A stretch of 10,503 bases of DNA from a virus (lineage: Duplodnaviria; Heunggongvirae; Uroviricota; Caudoviricetes): IMG/VR virus record IMGVR_UViG_2698536312_000003; one strand, given 5' to 3'. Within the stretch, counting starts at the first letter, position 1. Each line of letters opens with the position of its first letter. Below are positions 1-6,946 of the stretch, one piece after another. A model generated the notes under the pieces. It saw nothing but the letters and a program-made list of their open reading frames with translations, had not been told where the DNA came from and did not search any database. The translations under genes and the position numbers were made by a program.

Positions 1-83
1 TGGTAGTGTCCGCTATTGCCAGTACACCTCACTCTGACGGAGAGTTTGTGGCAGTGGCTGCGGTGACCGTCAGCGCACCATAA
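1..83 (+). CDS. V: major tail protein V, 3' end (partial, start lies upstream of window)
   Basis: Frame ending at TAA 81-83 translates to ...VVSAIASTPHSDGEFVAVAAVTVSAP*, which resembles the recalled lambda gpV C-terminus (...GNGEFAAVAEITVTAS); position immediately upstream of G fits lambda order. Confidence 0.75.
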   Translation, partial: VVSAIASTPHSDGEFVAVAAVTVSAP

Positions 84-103
84 CAGGACGATACTCATCA
101 TTG

Positions 104-125
104 CCCCGGTTATCCGGGGCTTTTT
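104..125 (+). terminator. GC-rich hairpin plus T-run between V and G (intrinsic-terminator-like, possible attenuator)
   Basis: ccccgg(104-109) ttat ccgggg(114-119) gives a perfect 6-bp GC stem with 4-nt loop, followed by c + ttttt(121-125); sits 20 nt after the V stop and 17 nt before the G start. Confidence 0.4.
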
Positions 126-141
126 GCATCCGGAGAACATG

Positions 142-528
142 ATGTTTCTGAAACAGGATACGTTTAATTATGAAAAACAGTCCGTGGTGCTCAGTGAGCT
201 GTCCGGGCTGCAGAGAATTGAATATCTGACGTTTGTTCAGCAGCGAACGGCAAAGTTTGATGCACAGGAGGGAGAACTGCCGGAGGCTGAACGACAGATT
301 GCTTTTCTGCGTATGGGAATGGATATCAATGCCTGGCTGGTTTCCCGCTCACTGTGGAATGCTGAGCAGTCTCAGGATGTTGAGACGCTTTGCGCATCCA
401 TTATGACAACATGGTCGTATGATGCGCTGGGCGCGGGGGCGGAGAGGGTTCTGTCGCTGAGCGGTATGGGGACCATTGAGAATGCCGGGGATGATGATCA
501 TGAGGCGCTGACGCCGGAAAAGTCCTGA
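142..528 (+). CDS. G: tail assembly chaperone G
   Basis: ORF-track ORF 124..528 (TTG start); preferred start is ATG 142 (MFLKQ...), 6 nt after GGAG 132-135, with ATG 139 as alternative. N-terminus and ...VVLSELSGLQRIEYL... motif resemble recalled lambda gpG (MFLKTES...SELSALQRIEHL). Located between V and T. Confidence 0.85.
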   Translation: MFLKQDTFNYEKQSVVLSELSGLQRIEYLTFVQQRTAKFDAQEGELPEAERQIAFLRMGMDINAWLVSRSLWNAEQSQDVETLCASIMTTWSYDALGAGAERVLSLSGMGTIENAGDDDHEALTPEKS

Positions 529-866
529 CGCGGGAAATGCAGTTTGTCATGCGGCTTGCCCGGGAGTTCCGGCGGGCAGACTGGCGGCGGATGCTGTCGG
601 ATATGTCGGCCACTGAGCTTGGTGAGTGGGGCGATTATTTCCGGATGCAGAGCTTCAGTGATGTGTGGATGGATGCGCAGTTTGCCTCGCTGAAGGCATT
701 GATCGTGAGAATGGTGTCCGGCAGCAGCGATGCTGCGGTGGCTGATTTCAGCCTTTTACCGGAAGAGAACGGGATACCGGAGCGAACGGACGAAGAACTG
801 ATGCATCTTGGGGAAGGTATTTCCGGAGGTGTGCGTTATGGACCAGATAGCCAACCTGGTCATTGA
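504..866 (+). CDS. T: tail assembly chaperone T segment, presumably made only as a G-T fusion by -1 frameshifting from G
   Basis: The -1 frame relative to G is open from 504 (after TGA 501-503) to stop 864-866 and overlaps the last 8 codons of G; ORF-track ORF 537..866 is the ATG-initiated part. Arrangement matches the conserved G/G-T organisation of lambda-like tails. Candidate slip site ggaaaag at 516-522. Confidence 0.7.
   Translation, partial: GADAGKVLTREMQFVMRLAREFRRADWRRMLSDMSATELGEWGDYFRMQSFSDVWMDAQFASLKALIVRMVSGSSDAAVADFSLLPEENGIPERTDEELMHLGEGISGGVRYGPDSQPGH
514..525 (+). other. putative -1 programmed ribosomal frameshift site for G-T
   Basis: G frame reads CCG GAA AAG TCC TGA; heptamer GGAAAAG (516-522) is one substitution from lambda's GGGAAAG and keeps the A-site AAG to AAA slip; -1 frame is open through this region. 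Confidence 0.5.
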
Positions 867-2673
867 TTTGGGGATTGATGCGGCAGAGTTTAAAAATGAA
901 ATTCCCCGTATCAAAAACCTTCTGAATGGTGCAGCCAGCGATGCAGAACGGTCTTCTGCCCGTATGCAGCGTTTTATGGAGCGTCAGACTCAGGCGGCCC
1001 GGCAGACAATGCAGGCGGCTTCTTCGGCTGCAACAGCAGCATCAGCCCATGCGCAGACGGTGGAAAAGAACGCACGGGCTCATGAACGCATGGCCCGTGA
1101 GGTGGAACAAACCCGTCTGCGCGTGGATGCCCTGAATCAGAAAATGCTCGAGGAACAGGCGCAGGCCAGGGCACTGGCGGAGGCGCAGGATAAAGCGGCT
1201 GCCGCCTTTTATCGCCAGATTGACAGTGTGAAACAGGCCGGTGCGGGGCTTCAGGAATTACAGCGTATTCAGCAGCAGATCCGACAGGCCAGAAACAGTG
1301 GCGGGGTTGGTCAGCAGGATTATCTGGCGCTGATTTCGGAGATCACGGCGAAAACCCGTGCCCTGACGCAGGCAGAGGAACAGGCCACCCGGCAGAAAGC
1401 GGCGTTTATCCGCCAGCTTAAAGAGCAGGCAACCCGCCAGAATCTGTCGTCTTCTGAGTTGCTTCGCGCCAGGGCGGCTCAGCTGGGGGTAAGCAGTGCT
1501 GCAGAAGTGTATATCCGCAAAATGGAGCGGGCAGGAAAAGCCACACATTCGCTGGGGCTGAAAAGTGCGGCAGCCCGGCGGGAGCTGGGGGTGTTAATCA
1601 GTCAGATGGCGCGCGGCAATTTTGGTGCGCTGAGGGGATCCGGGATAACGCTGGCTAACCGTGCCGGATGGACAGGCGCACTGATGTCGCCGAAAGGCAT
1701 GATGACTGGCGGCGTTATTGGCGGACTTGTCGCGGCGGTCCTGGGTCTGGGTAAAGCCTGGCATGACGGCCGGAAGGAGGGCGAGGAATTTAACCGTCAG
1801 CTGGCGCTGACGGGACATTATGCCGGTGTCACTGTCGGGCAGTTGTGGAAACTCAGCCGGGCCATATCCGGGAATGGTATCACGCAACATGCGGCAGCCG
1901 GTGCGCTGGCACAGGTGGTGGGCAGTGGGGCATTTCATGGAAACGATATTGGTATGGTGGCGAAAGCTGCCGCACAGATGGAGCGATCGGTTGGCCAGTC
2001 GGTCAGCGATACCATAAATCAGTTTAAGCGGCTGAAGGATGATCCTGTAAATGCCGCGAAGGCGCTGGACAATGCGCTGCATTTTTTGACTGCCACTCAG
2101 CTTGAGCAGATACGCGTCCTTGGGGAGCAGGGGCGGTCCAGTGATGCGGCCCGGATCGCCATGTCTGCGCTGGCAGAGGAAACCGGTAAACGCACATCTG
2201 ATATTGATAATAATCTCAATGCGCTGGGTAGTACGCTGCAAACCTTGTCTGACTGGTGGAAGCAGTTCTGGGATGCGGCCATGAATATTGGTCGTGAAGA
2301 CTCGCTGGATGCGCAGATTGATGCGTTACAGGAAAAAATTCAGCGCGCGAAAAAATATCCGTGGACAAACGCCTCCACACAGGTGGAGTACGATCAGCAG
2401 CGTCTTAACGATCTTCAGGAGAAAAAACGCCGGAAGGATTTGCAGGATGCAAAAGCGCAGGCAGAACGGAATTACCAGGAGCAACAGAAACGCCGGAATG
2501 CTGAAAATGCCGCGCTGAACCGGATGAATGAAACGGAAGCTGCACGACATCAGCGTGAAAATGAACGTTACGAAAAAGCCATTAAGAAAAATACACGGGC
2601 AACCCGTAATGATGAGGCCACCCGGTTATTGCTGCTGCCAGACAGTCAGCAGGCATTGCCACTGAAAGGATGA
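838..2673 (+). CDS. H: tail tape measure protein, N-terminal ~611 codons (ends at a frameshift; continues in 2670..3770)
   Basis: ORF-track ORF 808..2673; preferred start ATG 838 (MDQIANLVIDLGIDAAEFKNE..., like recalled lambda gpH MAEPVGDLVVDLSLDAARFDEQ), 8 nt after GGAGG 825-829. Ala/Gln/Arg-rich coiled-coil-like composition, a hydrophobic Gly-rich segment (...GGVIGGLVAAVLGLG...), and position after G/T. Confidence 0.85.
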   Translation: MDQIANLVIDLGIDAAEFKNEIPRIKNLLNGAASDAERSSARMQRFMERQTQAARQTMQAASSAATAASAHAQTVEKNARAHERMAREVEQTRLRVDALNQKMLEEQAQARALAEAQDKAAAAFYRQIDSVKQAGAGLQELQRIQQQIRQARNSGGVGQQDYLALISEITAKTRALTQAEEQATRQKAAFIRQLKEQATRQNLSSSELLRARAAQLGVSSAAEVYIRKMERAGKATHSLGLKSAAARRELGVLISQMARGNFGALRGSGITLANRAGWTGALMSPKGMMTGGVIGGLVAAVLGLGKAWHDGRKEGEEFNRQLALTGHYAGVTVGQLWKLSRAISGNGITQHAAAGALAQVVGSGAFHGNDIGMVAKAAAQMERSVGQSVSDTINQFKRLKDDPVNAAKALDNALHFLTATQLEQIRVLGEQGRSSDAARIAMSALAEETGKRTSDIDNNLNALGSTLQTLSDWWKQFWDAAMNIGREDSLDAQIDALQEKIQRAKKYPWTNASTQVEYDQQRLNDLQEKKRRKDLQDAKAQAERNYQEQQKRRNAENAALNRMNETEAARHQRENERYEKAIKKNTRATRNDEATRLLLLPDSQQALPLKG

Positions 2674-3770
2674 CTGAAGCGCATAAACAGCTTCTGGCCC
2701 TGCAGCAGCGCATCAGCGACCTGGACGGGAAAAAGCTGACGGCAGATGAAAAGAGTGTGCTGACCCGTAAGAATGAGCTGATTCAGGCGCTGACGCTGCT
2801 GGATGTGAAACAGCAGGAGCTGCAGAAACAGACAGCGCTTAACGACCTGAGAAAAAAAACGGTTCAGCTGACCAGCCAGCTGGCAGACAAAGAACGTGCA
2901 CTGCGTGAGCAGCACAATCTGGATATTGCCACTGCAGGTATGGGGGATAAGCAGCGGCAGCGCTACCAGGCACAGTTGCGCATCCGGCAGGAATACCGGC
3001 AACAGTTGCAACAGCTTGAGAATGACAGTCGCCAGAAAGGCACTTACGGGACGGAGGACTACCGGAGGGCTGAGGAGGTGCTGAAGGGGAGCCTGAAGCG
3101 ACAACTGAATGAAAACAAACGCTACTGGCAGGAACTGGAAGTGGCGCAGGGCGACTGGAAAAACGGTGCCATGCGGGCGTTTCAGCATTTTACGGCGGAT
3201 GCGGATAATGCGGCGGGAACGGCAGAACAGATGTTTACAGTGGCATTCAGCAGTGCCGGTAATGCACTGGCGACATTCTGTACCACCGGTAAGCTGAATT
3301 TTAAATCCTTCACCTCTTCCCTGTTGTCAGATATGGCCAGAATTATGGCACAGATGGCCATGATGCAGGCGGTAAAGGGCGTCGGTTCTTTATTCGGCTT
3401 CACGACTAATGCTGATGGCGGTGTTTACCAGTCTGCTGATTTGAGTCGCTACAGTGGCACGGTGGTTAACCGTCCGACGTTTTTTGCTTTTGCAAAAGGC
3501 GCGGGTGTGATGGGGGAAGCGGGACCTGAAGCCATTCTGCCACTGCGTCGCGGTGCTGATGGTAAGCTGGGGGGTGTGGCGGATACTGGTGGTTCAGGCA
3601 TGGTGATGTTTGCCCCGCAGTACAACATTGAGATCAATAACGATGGCACGAACGGGCAGATAGGTCCGGCTGCCCTGAAGGTGGTTTATGACCTCGGGAA
3701 AAAAGCGGCCGCGGACTTTATGCAACAGCAGGCCCGTGATGGTGGCCGGTTAAGTGGAGCATACCGGTAA
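2670..3770 (+). CDS. H: tail tape measure protein, C-terminal ~366 codons (frame -1 relative to the N-terminal part)
   Basis: ORF 2670..3770; C-terminus (...INNDGTNGQIGPAALKVVYDLGKKAAADFMQQQARDGGRLSGAYR) is homologous to the recalled lambda gpH C-terminus (...INNDGTNGQIGPAALKAVYDMARKGARDEIQTQMRDGGLFSGGGR). This frame is already open from 2616; ATG 2670 has AAAGG directly abutting it, so it is unlikely to be an independent start. Confidence 0.8.
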   Translation: MTEAHKQLLALQQRISDLDGKKLTADEKSVLTRKNELIQALTLLDVKQQELQKQTALNDLRKKTVQLTSQLADKERALREQHNLDIATAGMGDKQRQRYQAQLRIRQEYRQQLQQLENDSRQKGTYGTEDYRRAEEVLKGSLKRQLNENKRYWQELEVAQGDWKNGAMRAFQHFTADADNAAGTAEQMFTVAFSSAGNALATFCTTGKLNFKSFTSSLLSDMARIMAQMAMMQAVKGVGSLFGFTTNADGGVYQSADLSRYSGTVVNRPTFFAFAKGAGVMGEAGPEAILPLRRGADGKLGGVADTGGSGMVMFAPQYNIEINNDGTNGQIGPAALKVVYDLGKKAAADFMQQQARDGGRLSGAYR

Positions 3771-4099
3771 TGGAGACGTTTCACTGGAAAGTGCGCCCGG
3801 ATATGAATGTGGTATCAGAGCCGAAAGTGGTGACAGTGAAGCTGGGCGATGGTTATGAACAGCGTCGTGCGGCGGGACTGAATAACCAGTTGTCGACTTA
3901 CAGCGTGACGATACGTGTTCGTAAAGGTGAACACCCATTTTTAAAAGCCTTTCTGGAACGGCACGGTGGCGTCCGCGCATTTCAGTGGACGCCACCTTAT
4001 GACTGGAAGCCGATCAGGGTGGTTTGTCGTAAATGGTCGGCAAGCGTGGGGGCGTTGTGGGTAACCATAACGGCAGATTTTGAACAGGTCGTGGCATAG
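3770..4099 (+). CDS. M: minor tail protein M (divergent copy, M')
   Basis: 109-aa ORF; start overlaps the H stop (TAATG at 3768-3772); roughly 55-60% identical by eye to the M copy at 5914..6243 (shared FxWKVxPxM, FGDGY, TYSVT, HGG, WTPPY, FEQVV motifs). Confidence 0.85.
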   Translation: METFHWKVRPDMNVVSEPKVVTVKLGDGYEQRRAAGLNNQLSTYSVTIRVRKGEHPFLKAFLERHGGVRAFQWTPPYDWKPIRVVCRKWSASVGALWVTITADFEQVVA

Positions 4100-4108
4100 G
4101 AGGCTCTG

Positions 4109-4807
4109 ATGCAGGATATTCCACAGGAAACACATCATGAGACGACACGCCTCACTCAGTCAGCCCAGGTGGTGCTCTGGGAAATCGATCTGACAGAGGT
4201 CGGTGGAGAACGTTATTTTTTCTGTAATGAGCAGAACGAAAAAGGTGAGCCGGTTACCTGGCAGGGGCGGCAGTATCAGGCATACCCCATTCAGGGGACG
4301 GGATTTGAACTGAACGGCAAGGGCAGTGCTGCCCGTCCGACACTGACGGTTTCTAACCTGCACGGAATGGTCACCGGGATGGCGGAAGACCTGCAGAGTC
4401 TGGTCGGCGGAACGGTGGTCAGGCGTAAGGTTTACGCCCGTTTTCTGGATGCGGTGAACTTCGTCAACGGAAACAGCGACGCCGATCCGGAACAGGAGGT
4501 GATCAGCCGCTGGCGCATCGAGCAGTGCAGCGAACTGAGCGCGGTCAGTGCCTCTTTTGTGCTGGCCACACCAACGGAGACGGATGGCGCGGTTTTCCCG
4601 GGGCGTATCATGCTGGCGAATACCTGTATGTGGACTTACCGTTCTGATGAGTGTGGTTACACGGGCAGGGCAGTGGCTGACGAGTTCGACAAACCAACGA
4701 CGGATATCCGGAAGGACAAATGCAGCAAGTGTATGCGCGGGTGTGAGTTGCGCAACAATACCGGTAATTTCGGCGGTTTCCTTTCCATCAATAAACTTTC
4801 TCAGTAA
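4109..4807 (+). CDS. L: minor tail protein L (copy 1, L')
   Basis: 232-aa ORF, AGGAGG 4098-4103 upstream of ATG 4109; about 90% identical to L at 6243..6941, including an 86-bp perfectly identical stretch (4169-4254 = 6303-6388); Cys-rich C-terminus as in lambda gpL. Confidence 0.9.
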   Translation: MQDIPQETHHETTRLTQSAQVVLWEIDLTEVGGERYFFCNEQNEKGEPVTWQGRQYQAYPIQGTGFELNGKGSAARPTLTVSNLHGMVTGMAEDLQSLVGGTVVRRKVYARFLDAVNFVNGNSDADPEQEVISRWRIEQCSELSAVSASFVLATPTETDGAVFPGRIMLANTCMWTYRSDECGYTGRAVADEFDKPTTDIRKDKCSKCMRGCELRNNTGNFGGFLSINKLSQ

Positions 4808-4811
4808 ATCC

Positions 4812-5678
4812 ATGACACAGACAGAATCAGCGATTCTGGCGCACGCCCGGCGATGTGCGCCAGCGGAGTCGTGTGGCTTCGTGGTGAGAACGCCGGAGGG
4901 AGACAGGTATCTTCCCAGCGAGAATATCTCCGGTGAGCCGGAGGAACGGTTCCGGATGGCTCCGGAGGACTGGCTGCGGGCACAAATGCAGGGTGAGATT
5001 GTGGCGCTGGTCCACAGTCATCCCGGTGGTCTGCCCTGGCTGAGTGAGGCTGACCGGCGGCTGCAGGTGCAGAGTGATTTGCCGTGGTGGCTGGTCTGCC
5101 GGGGGGCGATTCACAAGTTCCGCTGTGTGCCACATCTTACCGGGCGGCGCTTTGAGCACGGGGTGACGGACTGTTACACGCTGTTCCGGGATGCTTATCA
5201 TCTGGCAGGGATTGAGATGCCGGATTTTCATCGCGGGGATGACTGGTGGCGTAACGGTCAGAATCTCTATCTTGACAATATGGAGGTGACGGGTTTTTAC
5301 CGTGTCGCACTGACAGAGGCACAGCCGGGCGATGTGCTGCTGTGCTGTTTTGGTTCATCGGTGCCGAATCATGCCGCCATTTACTGCGGTGACGGCGGGC
5401 TGCTGCACCATATTCCTGAACAACTGAGCAAACGAGAGAGGTACACCGACAAATGGCAGCGACGCACACACTCCCTCTGGCGTCACCGGGCATGGCAGGC
5501 GCATCCGCGTCAGGTGGTACAGCCATTCAGGCCGCTGCGGCGAAATTCCATTTTGCAACCGGGGGATTTACGGGAACCGGCGGCAAATATGAGCCAGCGG
5601 GGATTGTTCACCGTGGTGAATTTGTCTTCACGAAGGAGGCAACCAGCCGGATTGGCGTGGGGAATCTCTACCGGCTGA
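4812..5678 (+). CDS. K: tail assembly protein K homolog (NlpC/P60-like), 3' end truncated at the module junction and reading into unrelated sequence
   Basis: Start ATG 4812 (MTQTESAILAHARRCAPAESCGFVV...), 4 nt after the L' stop; ORF-track ORF 4548..5678 is the same frame extended upstream. Identical or near-identical to K at 6947..7690 up to ...WRHRAW (nt ~5497), then diverges where K continues ...HASAFTGICNDLAAASTFV; the K' frame runs out of frame through the H 3' fragment to stop 5678. Confidence 0.8.
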   Translation: MTQTESAILAHARRCAPAESCGFVVRTPEGDRYLPSENISGEPEERFRMAPEDWLRAQMQGEIVALVHSHPGGLPWLSEADRRLQVQSDLPWWLVCRGAIHKFRCVPHLTGRRFEHGVTDCYTLFRDAYHLAGIEMPDFHRGDDWWRNGQNLYLDNMEVTGFYRVALTEAQPGDVLLCCFGSSVPNHAAIYCGDGGLLHHIPEQLSKRERYTDKWQRRTHSLWRHRAWQAHPRQVVQPFRPLRRNSILQPGDLREPAANMSQRGLFTVVNLSSRRRQPAGLAWGISTG

Positions 5679-5917
5679 TGCGCGGCTATGCGGAAGGTGG
5701 TTATGTGGGCGGTGCCGGAAGTCCGGCGCAGATGCGGCGGGCTGAAGGCATTAATTTTAATCAGAACAATCACGTGGTGATTCAGAACGACGGTACGAAT
5801 GGTCTGCCAGGTCCACAGATGATGAAGGCCGTGTATGACATGGCCCGCAAGGGTGCCCGTGATGAAATTCAGACACAGATGCGTGATGGTGGCCTGTTCT
5901 CCGGAGGTGGACGATGA
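5453..5917 (+). CDS. chimeric remnant ORF: first 15 codons of tail protein I fused in frame to the C-terminal ~139 codons of a lambda-type tape measure protein
   Basis: MAATHTLPLASPGMA matches the N-terminus of I (7588..); the rest (GASASGGTAIQAAAAKFHFATGGFTGTGGKYEPAGIVHRGEFVFTKEATSRIGVGNLYRLMRGY...QTQMRDGGLFSGGGR*) matches the recalled lambda gpH C-terminus. Stop overlaps the M start (ATGA 5914-5917) as in lambda H/M. Confidence 0.6.
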   Translation: MAATHTLPLASPGMAGASASGGTAIQAAAAKFHFATGGFTGTGGKYEPAGIVHRGEFVFTKEATSRIGVGNLYRLMRGYAEGGYVGGAGSPAQMRRAEGINFNQNNHVVIQNDGTNGLPGPQMMKAVYDMARKGARDEIQTQMRDGGLFSGGGR

Positions 5918-6243
5918 AAACCTTCCGCTGGAAAGTGAAACCCGGTATGGATGTGGCTTCGGCCCCTTCTGTAAGAAAGGTGCGCTTTGGTGATGGCTAT
6001 TCCCAGCGAGCGCCTGCCGGGCTGAATGCCAACCTGAAAACGTACAGCGTGACGCTTTCTGTCCCCCGTGAGGAGGCCATGGTACTGGAGTCGTTTCTGG
6101 AAGAGCACGGGGGCTGGAAAGCCTTTCTGTGGACGCCGCCTTATGAGTGGCGGCAGATAAAGGTGACCTGCGCAAAATGGTCGTCGCGGGTCAGTATGCT
6201 GCGTGTTGAGTTCAGCGCAGAGTTTGAACAGGTGGTGAACTGA
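5914..6243 (+). CDS. M: minor tail protein M (lambda-type)
   Basis: 109-aa ORF MKTFRWKVKPGMDVAS...FEQVVN, essentially the recalled lambda gpM; GGAGG 5903-5907 upstream; stop overlaps L start (TGATG at 6241-6245). Confidence 0.92.
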   Translation: MKTFRWKVKPGMDVASAPSVRKVRFGDGYSQRAPAGLNANLKTYSVTLSVPREEAMVLESFLEEHGGWKAFLWTPPYEWRQIKVTCAKWSSRVSMLRVEFSAEFEQVVN

Positions 6244-6941
6244 TGCAGGATATCCGGCAGGAAACACTGAATGAATGCACCCGTGCGGAGCAGTCGGCCA
6301 GCGTGGTGCTCTGGGAAATCGATCTGACAGAGGTCGGTGGAGAACGTTATTTTTTCTGTAATGAGCAGAACGAAAAAGGTGAGCCGGTCACCTGGCAGGG
6401 GCGACAGTATCAGCCGTATCCCATTCAGGGGAGTGGTTTTGAACTGAATGGCAAAGGCACCAGTACGCGCCCCACGCTGATGGTTTCTAACCTGTACGGT
6501 ATGGTCACCGGGATGGCGGAAGATCTACAGAGTCTGGTCGGCGGAACGGTGGTCCGGCGTAAGGTTTACGCCCGTTTTCTGGATGCGGTGAACTTCGTCA
6601 ACGGAAACAGTGACGCCGATCCGGAGCAGGAGGTGATCAGCCGCTGGCGCATTGAGCAGTGCAGCGAACTGAGCGCGGTGAGTGCCTCTTTTGTACTGTC
6701 CACGCCGACGGAAACAGATGGCGCTGTTTTTCCGGGACGTATCATGCTGGCCAACACCTGCACCTGGACCTATCGCGGCGATGAGTGCGGTTATCACGGT
6801 CCGGCGGTCGCGGATGAATATGACCAGCCAACGTCCGACATCACGAAGGATAAATGCAGCAAATGCCTGAGTGGCTGTAAGTTTCGCAATAACGTCGGCA
6901 ACTTTGGCGGCTTCCTTTCCATTAACAAACTTTCGCAGTAA
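6243..6941 (+). CDS. L: minor tail protein L (lambda-type)
   Basis: 232-aa ORF MQDIRQETLNECTRAEQSASVVLWEIDLTEVGGERYFFCNEQNEKGEPVTWQGRQYQ..., matching recalled lambda gpL; gene order. Confidence 0.93.
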   Translation: MQDIRQETLNECTRAEQSASVVLWEIDLTEVGGERYFFCNEQNEKGEPVTWQGRQYQPYPIQGSGFELNGKGTSTRPTLMVSNLYGMVTGMAEDLQSLVGGTVVRRKVYARFLDAVNFVNGNSDADPEQEVISRWRIEQCSELSAVSASFVLSTPTETDGAVFPGRIMLANTCTWTYRGDECGYHGPAVADEYDQPTSDITKDKCSKCLSGCKFRNNVGNFGGFLSINKLSQ

Positions 6942-6946
6942 ATCCC

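Noticed and set aside
124-141. TTG start at 124 extending G by 6 codons (MHPENM)
   Set aside because: The extension would begin inside the terminator-like hairpin T-run; ATG 142 (or 139) follows a GGAG motif and gives the lambda-like MFLK N-terminus.
808-837. Upstream ATG 808 as tape-measure start
   Set aside because: ATG 838 follows GGAGG at the right spacing and gives an N-terminus matching lambda gpH; 808 adds 10 unconserved residues.
1594-3188. minus-strand ORFs 1594..2241 (215 aa) and 2646..3188 (180 aa), plus small embedded plus-strand ORFs (926..1135, 1820..2027, 2288..2518, 2896..3297)
   Set aside because: All lie inside or antisense to the tape-measure gene, which has strong homology and context support; none has a convincing start context.
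4548-4811. Upstream extension of the K' frame (ORF 4548..5678 begins inside L')
   Set aside because: Homology to K begins exactly at ATG 4812 (MTQTESAIL...), 4 nt after the L' stop; the upstream 88 codons overlap L' out of frame and have no homolog in unit 2.
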